From an uncultured Christensenellaceae bacterium (GTDB lineage Bacteria > Bacillota > Clostridia > Christensenellales > UBA3700), in assembly GCA_944376205.1 (NCBI GenBank), contig CALWBV010000003.1, positions 24,059 through 88,058 on the forward strand: a DNA stretch of 64,000 bases. Reading direction: 5' to 3'. This document shows positions 1 to 7,894 of the stretch, piece after piece (the first letter of the stretch is position 1; each line of letters starts with the position of its first letter). A program made the translations under genes and the position numbers. The notes beneath the pieces were generated by a model, which was given only the letters and a program-made list of their open reading frames with translations, did no database searches and had not been told where the DNA came from.

Positions 1-2
1 GG

Positions 3-164
3 AATTGCGATATATCCAAGTGCAGAAAACCCGAGGATTTGCCCAAGGAAGCAAAAGCATATATCGAATACATCGAAAAAGCAGTAGGCTGTCCTATCAC
101 ATACGTATCCGTAGGCGCAGAGCGTGAGGAATACGTTGTAATGAAAAAGAGCAATATTAAATAA
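3..164 (+). CDS. purA: adenylosuccinate synthetase, C-terminal fragment (5' end lies outside the window)
   Basis: Frame 3 reads ...EDLPKEAKAYIEYIEKAVGCPITYVSVGAEREEYVV... to TAA at 162-164. This fits the conserved PurA C-terminal pattern (ELP..A..Y+..IE...G.P+..+SVGP.R). Confidence 0.7.
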   Translation, partial: NCDISKCRKPEDLPKEAKAYIEYIEKAVGCPITYVSVGAEREEYVVMKKSNIK

Positions 165-178
165 AACACATACGCTTT

Positions 179-820
179 ATGAGCAAAAAATTTACTCAAG
201 GCGAAATCGAGGATATACTCAAAAGGCTTGAAGTCATGCATCCCGATGCGGTTTGCGAACTCGAATACAACACGCCTTTTGAGCTTCTCGTTGCGGTAAT
301 ACTGTCGGCGCAGTGTACGGACAAAAGGGTAAATACCGTTACCAAAAAACTGTTTGCGCTGTACAATACGCCCGAACAGTTTGCGTCGCTGGACGAGAGT
401 ACACTCGAGCCTTTGATTTTCTCGTGCGGTTTTTATCGCAATAAGGCAAAGAATATTATATCTGCAAGCCGTGATATTTGCGAAAAATATGGCGGAGAAG
501 TTCCTTGCGACGTCAAGACTCTGATGACTCTTGCAGGCGTCGGCAAAAAGACTGCAAACGTGGTTTATTCGGTAGCTTTCGGCGGTGACGCCATAGCTGT
601 GGATACTCACGTGTCAAGGCTTGCGGAGAGAATAGGCTTTTGCGATTCCAGAGATCCTTTGAAAGTCGAAGCGGCTTTGAACAGTCAGATTCCTCAAGAC
701 AAATGGTCGCATGCGCATCATCTTCTTATACATCACGGAAGATATACTTGTCATTCTCGCATGCCCGATTGCAACAACTGCCTCATAAGCGAATATTGCC
801 GTTATTACAACAAAAACTGA
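179..820 (+). CDS. nth: endonuclease III (DNA-(apurinic/apyrimidinic site) lyase)
   Basis: HhH-GPD core (LVAVILSAQCTDKRVN, LAGVGKKTANVV) and a C-terminal 4Fe-4S loop C-x6-C-x2-C-x5-C (CHSRMPDCNNCLISEYC). Confidence 0.9.
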   Translation: MSKKFTQGEIEDILKRLEVMHPDAVCELEYNTPFELLVAVILSAQCTDKRVNTVTKKLFALYNTPEQFASLDESTLEPLIFSCGFYRNKAKNIISASRDICEKYGGEVPCDVKTLMTLAGVGKKTANVVYSVAFGGDAIAVDTHVSRLAERIGFCDSRDPLKVEAALNSQIPQDKWSHAHHLLIHHGRYTCHSRMPDCNNCLISEYCRYYNKN

Positions 821-899
821 ATAATAAAATAAAGCAAATAAAAATAGTACATATCAGAAGAATTGAATAAATTCGGGAATAGTCAGGAGAATAAAATAT

Positions 900-1715
900 A
901 TGAACGAACTATTAAAAATCTATGAAGTTGCTCCGAGAGTAAAAAAATATATAGTGCATAATTCCGTAGTATCCAAACATTGTCTGCCCGGTCAGTTTGT
1001 AATCGTTATTGTCAACGAGGGCGGCGAAAGAGTGCCTTTTACTATCTGCGATTACGACAGAGAAAAAGAGACTATCACTTTGCTTGTGCAAGAAGTAGGT
1101 TACTCCACGCACAAAATGGCTGAACTTAAAGAAGGAGACAGCCTTTATGCGCTCGTAGGACCTTTGGGCAATCCTACCGATCTCGATCAATACGAAAATC
1201 TCGTACTTGTCGGCGGCGGTATCGGTTGTGCCGTTATATACCCTCAAGCGAAACTCCGTAAGCAAAAAGGCTTGAAGAGTAACGTCATTATGGGTGCAAG
1301 AACCAAAGATTTGCTTTTCGATATCGACGAATTCAAAGCCAACTGCGAAAACGTCTATATCTCTACCGACGACGGTTCCCTCGGTACGAAAGGCTTTGTT
1401 ACCACCGTACTTCAGGAAAGAATCGACGCAGGCGATAAGATTGACTGCGTACTTGTCGTAGGACCTATGATCATGATGCGCAACGTCGCAGAGCTCACGA
1501 GAAAATACAATATCCCCACAGTCGTATCCATGAACACCATTATGGTAGACGGTACGGGTATGTGCGGAGGTTGCAGACTTACAGTGGGCGGCGAAACAAA
1601 GTACGCTTGCGTAGACGGTCCCGAATTTGACGGACATAAGGTAGATTTCGAAGAAGCTATGAACAGATCGAGATTCTATCGCGAAAAGGAAGAAAAATGC
1701 AGATTGAGAGGTTAA
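900..1715 (+). CDS. nfnA: PyrK/SudB-like FAD/NAD-binding 2Fe-2S subunit (NfnA-type ferredoxin:NADP oxidoreductase small subunit)
   Basis: AGGAG RBS. C-terminal cluster motif DGTGMCGGCRLTVGG..YACVDGPEF. The stop codon lies 2 nt before the GltD-like partner gene, as in NfnAB/SudAB pairs. Confidence 0.6.
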   Translation: MNELLKIYEVAPRVKKYIVHNSVVSKHCLPGQFVIVIVNEGGERVPFTICDYDREKETITLLVQEVGYSTHKMAELKEGDSLYALVGPLGNPTDLDQYENLVLVGGGIGCAVIYPQAKLRKQKGLKSNVIMGARTKDLLFDIDEFKANCENVYISTDDGSLGTKGFVTTVLQERIDAGDKIDCVLVVGPMIMMRNVAELTRKYNIPTVVSMNTIMVDGTGMCGGCRLTVGGETKYACVDGPEFDGHKVDFEEAMNRSRFYREKEEKCRLRG

Positions 1716-1717
1716 AG

Positions 1718-3094
1718 ATGAACAACGGTCCCAGAAATAAAACTCTGCATCAACCCGCAGAGGAGAGAATACACAATTTCAACGAAGTCAATTTAGGTTT
1801 TGACGATACTCTTATGATGGAGGAAGCGTCAAGATGTATCAACTGTAAAAATGCGCCTTGCCGCACGGGTTGTCCCGTAGGAATCAATATTCCCGCATTT
1901 ATCAAATGTCTTACTCAAAACGATAAGGACGGCGCTTTGGCGGTAATAAGCGAAGCTTCGCTTCTTCCTGCAATTTGCGGCAGAGTATGTCCGCAGGAAA
2001 ATCAGTGCGAAGGTAAATGTATCCGCAAGGCTAAATTGGGCGGCAGCGTAGCAATAGGTGCACTCGAAAGATATGTGGGAGACTACGGACTCAAGAAGGG
2101 TACGGGAGATCTCAAAGCTCCTGCTTTCAACGGTAAAAAGGTAGCTGTTATAGGCAGCGGTCCCGCAGGACTCGCTTGTGCGGCTGACTGTGCGCAAAAG
2201 GGATTTAAGGTTACTATATTCGAGGCGTTCCACAAAGCAGGCGGCGTACTCGTTTACGGAATCCCCGAATTCAGACTTCCCAAAGACGACGTCGTTGCCA
2301 AGGAGATTGACAAACTCAAGGCACTCGGCGTAGAGTTCAGACTCAATACCGTAGTAGGTAAAGCCGTTACGTTCGACGAATTGAGAGAAGAATACGACGC
2401 TATATTTATCGGTACGGGCGCAGGACTCCCTATGTTCATGGGAATCAAGGGTGAAAACCTCAACGGCGTTTCGTCTGCAAACGAACTTCTGACAAGAGTC
2501 AACCTCATGCAGGCATACAAAGAAGACGCCGTAACCCCCGTGTATTGCGGTAAGTCGGTAGCCGTTATCGGTGCAGGTAACGTAGCTATGGACGCAGCCC
2601 GTACGGCAAAGAGAATAGGCGGCGGCGAAGTTTACATAATTTACAGAAGAGGCAGAGAGGAAATGCCTGCAAGAGCAGAAGAAATAGAGCATGCTGTCGA
2701 AGAAGGTATCAAACTCGTTCTTCTTACCAACCCTGTTGAAATACTCGGCAACGAAGGTAAGGTATGCGGTATCAAATGCGTAAAGATGGAACTCGGCGAG
2801 CCTGACGCTTCGGGCAGAAGAAGACCTATACCTGTAGAGGGAAGCGAATTCGTAATCGACGTGGATCAGGTAGTAGTAGCACTCGGCACCAGCCCCAATC
2901 CTCTCATCAGAAAGTCTTGCAAGGAGCTTGAATTCAACAAGAAAGGCACGATTATCGTCGATGAAGAGAGTATGTCTACCAACGTTGAGGGAATTTATGC
3001 AGGCGGCGATGCCGTTACCGGCGCCGCAACCGTAATTCTTGCAATGGGTGCAGGCAGAAAGGCTGCAAAGGCAATTATCGAAAAGTTGCTTTAA
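1718..3094 (+). CDS. nfnB: GltD-like NADPH-dependent oxidoreductase, homotetrameric glutamate-synthase-like (NfnB-type large subunit)
   Basis: Two Cys clusters (CINCKNAPCRTGCP; CGRVCPQENQCEGKC) and two Rossmann motifs (VAVIGSGPAGL, VAVIGAGNVAMD). Start moved to ATG 1718 (GAGAGG RBS, just after the nfnA stop) instead of the track start 1697. Confidence 0.65.
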   Translation: MNNGPRNKTLHQPAEERIHNFNEVNLGFDDTLMMEEASRCINCKNAPCRTGCPVGINIPAFIKCLTQNDKDGALAVISEASLLPAICGRVCPQENQCEGKCIRKAKLGGSVAIGALERYVGDYGLKKGTGDLKAPAFNGKKVAVIGSGPAGLACAADCAQKGFKVTIFEAFHKAGGVLVYGIPEFRLPKDDVVAKEIDKLKALGVEFRLNTVVGKAVTFDELREEYDAIFIGTGAGLPMFMGIKGENLNGVSSANELLTRVNLMQAYKEDAVTPVYCGKSVAVIGAGNVAMDAARTAKRIGGGEVYIIYRRGREEMPARAEEIEHAVEEGIKLVLLTNPVEILGNEGKVCGIKCVKMELGEPDASGRRRPIPVEGSEFVIDVDQVVVALGTSPNPLIRKSCKELEFNKKGTIIVDEESMSTNVEGIYAGGDAVTGAATVILAMGAGRKAAKAIIEKLL

Positions 3095-3168
3095 TACATA
3101 TTGCGACGAGTTGTCATGCAGTATAAATTAGCTTAAGATTTCGCAGTATAACGTGAAAATCATCAGAT

Positions 3169-3198
3169 ATTGCGTACGCATATGTATGCGTGCGCAAT
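3169..3198. repeat. inverted repeat attgcgtacgcata-tg-tatgcgtgcgcaat between nfnB and obg (operator, or hairpin without a U-tract)
   Basis: 14-nt arms with one mismatch and a 2-nt spacer. No T-run on either side. Confidence 0.3.
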
Positions 3199-3253
3199 AA
3201 TTAACTAACAATATAAATAATTAACAAAACTTACACAAGAGAGGCAACCAACA

Positions 3254-4513
3254 ATGTTTTTGGATATAGCTACGATTTTCGTAAAAGCAGGCAACGGCGG
3301 TGACGGTATAGTATCTTTCCATACCGAGAAGTATGTTGCACAGGGCGGTCCCGACGGAGGCGACGGCGGTAACGGAGGAGATATAATCTTCACCGTGGAC
3401 AAGAATGCGTCCACGCTGATAGACTTCAAATTTGCCAAGCATTTCCGTGCAGAGGACGGAGAGAGCGGCGGCGCCAAAAACTGCAAAGGCAAAAGCGGCA
3501 AGCCTCTCTATATAAAAGTGCCCAAGGGTACGATAATCAAGGAAAAAAAGAGCGGCAACGTTCTTGCCGATATGTTTTACGACGACAGTGAATTTGTTTT
3601 GCAAAAAGGCGGACTCGGCGGCAAGGGAAACGCACGTTTTGCTACACCCCAGCGTAAAGCGCCCAGATTCAGCCAAAAAGGCGAAAAAACGCAAGAGATT
3701 GAACTCACTCTCGAACTCAAAACAATTGCCGACGTAGGGCTTGTAGGCTTCCCCAATGTAGGCAAGTCCACTATACTTTCGGTAGTTTCGTCTGCAAAAC
3801 CCAAGATAGCCAACTATCATTTTACGACGCTTACCCCCAATCTGGGCGTAGTAAAATACTATGACAAGGATTTTGTCGTTGCGGATATCCCCGGCCTTAT
3901 CGAAGGTGCCAGCGAAGGAGCGGGACTCGGACATAATTTCTTGAGGCATATCGAGAGAGTACGTCTTATTGTGCACGTAGTCGATATATCGGGAATAGAG
4001 GGCAGAGATCCTTACGAAGACTATCTCACGATAAACAAAGAGTTGGAGAGTTATTCTGCAAAACTCGCTTCGCTTGAGCAGATCATAGTCGCCAACAAAT
4101 GCGATCTTCTCGACGATGAGAGTAAAATAGAAGAATTTGAAAAAAAGGTCGGTCAAAAAGTAATACGACTTTCGGCAGTTTCCAACAGCGGCACAAAGGA
4201 TTTGCTTGCTGCAATAAGCAAAAAACTCGATACCTTGCCCGAAATCGAGCCAATGGAAGTTGTGGAATTCAACGAAAACCGCAACGACAGTACGTCTTTT
4301 ATAATTACCGTAGACGAAGACGGCGTATACGAAGTTCACGGAGGACTTATAAATATGCTTGTGCGTAACGTAGTTCTAGACGACTACGAGTCTTTCAGGT
4401 ATTTCCAGAAGACGCTCAAGGACAGAGGGGTAATAAAAGCGCTTTACAACAACGGCTGTAAAGAAGGCGATACCGTCCGCATAGGAGATATAGAATTTGA
4501 CTTTGTCGACTGA
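3254..4513 (+). CDS. obg: GTPase Obg/CgtA
   Basis: Gly-rich Obg fold (GNGGDGIVSF..GGPDGGDGGNGGDIIF), G1 GFPNVGKST, G3 DIPGLIEGA, and a C-terminal OCT-type domain. Confidence 0.95.
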   Translation: MFLDIATIFVKAGNGGDGIVSFHTEKYVAQGGPDGGDGGNGGDIIFTVDKNASTLIDFKFAKHFRAEDGESGGAKNCKGKSGKPLYIKVPKGTIIKEKKSGNVLADMFYDDSEFVLQKGGLGGKGNARFATPQRKAPRFSQKGEKTQEIELTLELKTIADVGLVGFPNVGKSTILSVVSSAKPKIANYHFTTLTPNLGVVKYYDKDFVVADIPGLIEGASEGAGLGHNFLRHIERVRLIVHVVDISGIEGRDPYEDYLTINKELESYSAKLASLEQIIVANKCDLLDDESKIEEFEKKVGQKVIRLSAVSNSGTKDLLAAISKKLDTLPEIEPMEVVEFNENRNDSTSFIITVDEDGVYEVHGGLINMLVRNVVLDDYESFRYFQKTLKDRGVIKALYNNGCKEGDTVRIGDIEFDFVD

Positions 4514-4530
4514 CAAGAGAGGAGATAAAT

Positions 4531-4821
4531 ATGATGAACAGCAATACAAGAGCAAAATTGAGATCGATAGCAATGAACGTTCAGCCGTCCACGCAGGTGG
4601 GTAAAAACGGCATAAGCGATACGCTTATCAGACAGGTTGACGAACAGCTTCAAAGCAGAGAACTCGTCAAAATAGCGGTACTTAAAAATGCCGAAGTAGA
4701 CGCAGGAGCGGTTGCTTTGGAACTTGCAGAAGCGACCTCGTCCGAAGTCGTGCAGGTAATAGGCAGTAAAATAACGCTTTACAGAGTATCTACAAAAGAC
4801 GGCATAAAGCATGTGCTTTGA
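4531..4821 (+). CDS. yhbY: ribosome-assembly RNA-binding protein YhbY (CRM domain)
   Basis: 96 aa; LRSIAMNVQPSTQVGKNGISD..L..RELVKI pattern; conserved position after obg and before nadD (yqeI position in Bacillus). Confidence 0.85.
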   Translation: MMNSNTRAKLRSIAMNVQPSTQVGKNGISDTLIRQVDEQLQSRELVKIAVLKNAEVDAGAVALELAEATSSEVVQVIGSKITLYRVSTKDGIKHVL

Positions 4822-4841
4822 GTTTACGATAGCGCTCATAT

Positions 4842-4864
4842 AAGCCCCGACAGGGGCTTTTTTT
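4842..4864 (+). terminator. intrinsic terminator of obg-yhbY
   Basis: aagcccc-gaca-ggggctt followed by a T-run, 21 nt after the yhbY stop. Confidence 0.85.
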
Positions 4865-4907
4865 ATAATCTGTCATTGAGATAAAGGATTGAAAATGTTT
4901 TGCCGTG

Positions 4908-4936
4908 TTGACAAAAGATATTTTTTTGCTTATAAT
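4908..4936 (+). promoter_or_regulatory. consensus sigma-A promoter of the tandem-repeat sRNA
   Basis: TTGACA (4908-4913), exactly 17 nt, then TATAAT (4931-4936). Confidence 0.8.
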
Positions 4937-4941
4937 GATAT

Positions 4942-5110
4942 ATCCATTAGAACAACGGGTGTACCGCTGCCCGACACAAAGGCGGAAGCAAGATGTCAGG
5001 GGTGTATCGCTACCCATCATAAAGGTGAAAGTAAGATGTTAGAGGTTAATTCGCTACCCGCCAAAAAGCGAAATTCTAGTGGATTGAAGACGACGAAAGT
5101 CGTCTTTTTT
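4942..5110 (+). ncRNA. unclassified small RNA: 11-bp closing helix around about 2.8 tandem 43-44-nt repeats, with its own terminator
   Basis: atccattagaa (4942-4952) pairs with ttctagtggat (5074-5084). Repeat units lie at 4953-4972 (partial), 4973-5015, 5016-5059 and 5060-5073 (partial). Terminator aagacgac-gaaa-gtcgtctt plus T6 at 5087-5110. No plausible ORF. Confidence 0.65.
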
Positions 5111-5188
5111 AATGAGGTTTTATTCTTTATAGCCGATTTTTTATTGTCAATCCTTCAAGCGTAGTTTTTCAAAATACGAATAGGTTTT

Positions 5189-5926
5189 CTATTTTTTAAT
5201 GAAGCTTCTTATAAGGCATATAATTGCCAAAATAAGGTTGATTGAAGCGAGTATGAGATAGTAATCGGAAAAGGGCGTTACGAGACTTATAGCGACCAAT
5301 AAGAGGCTTACAGCTACAAATCTGAAACCGTTTCTTCTTGTAAAAGCGCTTTCGAATATCAAAGAGAGAAGTTGAATTTTGTTTACCTTTTGATTTTGAA
5401 CTTGAGGCAAGCGATTTAGCGATTTGAGTTTGCGATAGAGCGGCTTGAACGATTCAAAGGTAATCACGACGTCCCCGAATCTTTTTACAAACGATAATGA
5501 TTTTTTATCGGAATTGGTGGTAAGTATTTTTGCTTTTTTTATGCCGTCTTTGGCGCAAATTCTGTAAAGTCTCACGAGAGTATCGGCGGACAGTCTTCCG
5601 TACTTCGTCCATAGAAATACGGCGGTATCGTCGGTAAGCAGATATTCGCCTTTGTCTTCAATGTTTTTGCTGTCTGTTACATCGGATAACAAGGTCTTTG
5701 TATAATCTTCGCCTTGCCATATGAGATACGTTATGAAGTTGCGGTAACTCATAGCGTGTTTTTTGTCTCTGAAAAAGATTTTGCAAATACTTCCGATTAT
5801 GACGAAAGTTGTCAGCATGGAAGTAACAAGTTGCATTGCAAAGGGCATTGCAACAAAACTCAATAGTATGTATGTTATGATAAAGATTATGATAGTCAGC
5901 AATATCACGTCAAAAAAATATGCCAT
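5189..5926 (-). CDS. hypothetical integral membrane protein (N-terminal TM helices, about 150-aa soluble domain, C-terminal TM pair)
   Basis: Long ORF with clear hydrophobic segments (YFFDVILLTIIIFIITYILLSFV, FRFVAVSLLLVAISLV, YYLILASINLILAIICLI). Start is uncertain: 5926 was chosen because a nadD promoter-like TTGCTA-17-TAAAAT sits at about 5975-6003. Alternatives 6019 and 6151 would overlap the nadD region. No family recognised. Confidence 0.5.
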   Translation of the reverse strand: MAYFFDVILLTIIIFIITYILLSFVAMPFAMQLVTSMLTTFVIIGSICKIFFRDKKHAMSYRNFITYLIWQGEDYTKTLLSDVTDSKNIEDKGEYLLTDDTAVFLWTKYGRLSADTLVRLYRICAKDGIKKAKILTTNSDKKSLSFVKRFGDVVITFESFKPLYRKLKSLNRLPQVQNQKVNKIQLLSLIFESAFTRRNGFRFVAVSLLLVAISLVTPFSDYYLILASINLILAIICLIRSFIKK

Positions 5927-6025
5927 ATTCGAATTGTAGACAAAAGACAGTAAAATATACAACGCTGTCAATATTCTTGCTAATTTCGCAGATTTTGTGT
6001 AAAATAATATCGAGGTCATACGAAT

Positions 6026-7129
6026 ATGATTATAATTTTCGGCGGGGCTTTCAATCCCGTACACGACGAACATGTCAATATGATAAAATATCTTTTGGAC
6101 AGAAAGGAAGTTGAAAAGGTGGTAGTATTGCCTTCTTTCAATCCTCCGCACAAAAGCTGTCCTACGTCATACTCGCAGCGCAGAGAAATGTTACAATTGG
6201 CGCTACGCGGTATCGACCGAATTGAGATATGCGATTATGAAAACACCGACAATAAAAAGCATTATACGGTAGAAACTCTTCCTTATCTCAAAAATATATA
6301 CAAGGATATTGCGTTTGTCATAGGCGGAGACAGTCTCGAAGCGCTTGACAAATGGAAAAATCCCCAGAAAATAATAAAAATCTGTCCGTTGTACGTGTTT
6401 ACAAGAGGAAAGAGCGAGGGCTTTGACAAAGCGCTTGAATATTGGAGAAGTAAGGGGGCGGATATCGTAGTTTGCGATTATCACCCCGATGACGTGTCGT
6501 CGACGCTGATACGTTACAATATAATGCTGGGCGTCTATGACGATATCAATCCCGACGTGGCGGAATATATCAGAGAAAATAAACTTTACGATTCGTTCAG
6601 AGGTATTCTCGATAAACTCAAAGAATCTCTTATTCCCAAGACATACGAGCATAGTCTGCGCACGGCAAAATATGCTTTGAGACTCAATTACAAGCTGGCG
6701 TTGGGACTTGATTATGACAAAGTTTTTCTTGCGGGAGTATTGCACGACTGCGCAAAGAATATGTGCGCCGAACCTCATGATACGCAATGCGTTCCGAGCG
6801 ACAGTATAGGTTCGCCTGTCGAACATCAGTTTTTAGGAGCGATAGTTGCAAAAAACGGATACGGCATCGAAGATAAAGACGTGCTTAATGCGATAAAGTA
6901 TCACACGACGGGTAAAAAAGAGATGTCTCCGCTTGAGAAATTGATTTTTTGCAGCGATATGCTTGAAGAAAAAAGAGATTTTGAGGGTGTGGAGGAGCTG
7001 CGAAAAAGTATAGAGAAATCCCTTGACGAGGGGTACAGAGATTGCGTATTGCATCAATATGCATATTTGAGTGCAAGAGGCGGCGAAATTTATCCTTTGA
7101 CTTTGCAGGCGGTTGAAGGGGTAAAGTAA
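6026..7129 (+). CDS. nadD: fused nicotinate-nucleotide adenylyltransferase (NadD) and YqeK-type HD phosphohydrolase
   Basis: N-terminal GGAFNPVHDEH nucleotidyltransferase motif. C-terminal HD domain (HSLRTAKYA...GVLHDCAK...KYHTTG), which is a separate yqeK gene in Bacillus. Confidence 0.85.
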   Translation: MIIIFGGAFNPVHDEHVNMIKYLLDRKEVEKVVVLPSFNPPHKSCPTSYSQRREMLQLALRGIDRIEICDYENTDNKKHYTVETLPYLKNIYKDIAFVIGGDSLEALDKWKNPQKIIKICPLYVFTRGKSEGFDKALEYWRSKGADIVVCDYHPDDVSSTLIRYNIMLGVYDDINPDVAEYIRENKLYDSFRGILDKLKESLIPKTYEHSLRTAKYALRLNYKLALGLDYDKVFLAGVLHDCAKNMCAEPHDTQCVPSDSIGSPVEHQFLGAIVAKNGYGIEDKDVLNAIKYHTTGKKEMSPLEKLIFCSDMLEEKRDFEGVEELRKSIEKSLDEGYRDCVLHQYAYLSARGGEIYPLTLQAVEGVK

Positions 7130-7302
7130 ACTTTAATATACAAAAATAAAGATTAAGCGTATTTAATCGTATTCTGACGATATTGACGAATAAGCACTTT
7201 AATATTGCGTATATTTACAAATATATCCGTTTATCGCAAGAACAGACTAATAAATAATATATGTGCAAAAGCGCACAAAGCAATATAAATTAAAGGAGAA
7301 AT

Positions 7303-7671
7303 ATGGAAAAATACCAATTGATTTGCAAACTTCTCGATGAGAAAAAAGCCAGAGATATCACGATTGTGGATATCGAACATCTTACCATAATTGCCGACAA
7401 ATTCGTTATCTGTTCGGCAAGATCGAATACGCAGGTAAAAGCACTTGTGGATATTGTCGACGAGGGAATGAGTAAAGAAGGCTTTGAACCTTTGAGAGTC
7501 GAGGGAAAACAGGAAGGAAGATGGGCGATAATGGATTACGGCGACGTAATAGTCCACATATTCTACGAAGAAACGAGAAAACTTTATTCGCTTGAACAGC
7601 TGTGGTCGGACGGAAGCAATATCACTCATTACGGCACAGAAGAGAGTGTAATAAACGGCGAAAAGGAATAA
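7303..7671 (+). CDS. rsfS: ribosome silencing factor RsfS (iojap family)
   Basis: 122 aa; DITIVDI...ADKFVICSARSNTQVKAL...WAIMDYGDVIVHIF..E.R..Y.LE.LW; AGGAG RBS. Confidence 0.9.
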   Translation: MEKYQLICKLLDEKKARDITIVDIEHLTIIADKFVICSARSNTQVKALVDIVDEGMSKEGFEPLRVEGKQEGRWAIMDYGDVIVHIFYEETRKLYSLEQLWSDGSNITHYGTEESVINGEKE

Positions 7672-7828
7672 TATATCGACCGATATAAAAGACAACGTTT
7701 TGCTGTTTTGAATACTAATATAAGATAAATATTATTTTTTGGAAACTATACCGATGCGTTATGTGTTTTTCAAAAAGCGAAACAATTTTTAATAATATTT
7801 TAAAATTTAAAATACACCAAGATATGCA

Positions 7829-7866
7829 TAAAAAAGACAAATAACTCATTAAAAAGTTATTTGTCT
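7829..7866 (-). terminator. intrinsic terminator of the 566-aa orphan gene
   Basis: Perfect 12-bp stem agacaaataact/agttatttgtct (7835-7846 / 7855-7866). The plus-strand A-run at 7830-7835 gives a U-tract on the minus strand, 29 nt after the stop. Confidence 0.8.
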
Positions 7867-7894
7867 TCAGTTTAACTAAATCACTGTCAGTTTT

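Noticed and set aside
4942-5086. Calling the small RNA 6S RNA, SRP RNA or a riboswitch
   Set aside because: The SRP helix-8 motif is absent here, and a genuine SRP RNA is present at 52921-53186. For 6S RNA, the body of about 143 nt is short and the interior is a tandem repeat array rather than a single long irregular hairpin with a central bubble. For a riboswitch, no downstream + strand gene exists. None of these can be formally excluded without a covariance-model search.
5035-5164. 42-codon ORF (MLEVNSLPAKKRNSSGLKTTKVVFFNEVLFFIADFLLSILQA) with an AAAGGTG-like RBS and a hydrophobic C-terminus, resembling a type I toxin; also track ORF 4889-5164
   Set aside because: The ORF starts inside the repeat array and runs straight through the strong intrinsic terminator at 5087-5110. 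A terminated transcript would therefore lack its hydrophobic half and its stop codon. The track ORF begins upstream of the promoter.
5927-6151. Longer N-terminus (GTG 6151 or ATG 6019) for the minus-strand membrane protein
   Set aside because: The 6151 start would overlap nadD by 126 nt. Either start would leave no room for the nadD promoter-like element at about 5975-6003. Neither start has a better RBS than ATG 5926. This remains genuinely uncertain.
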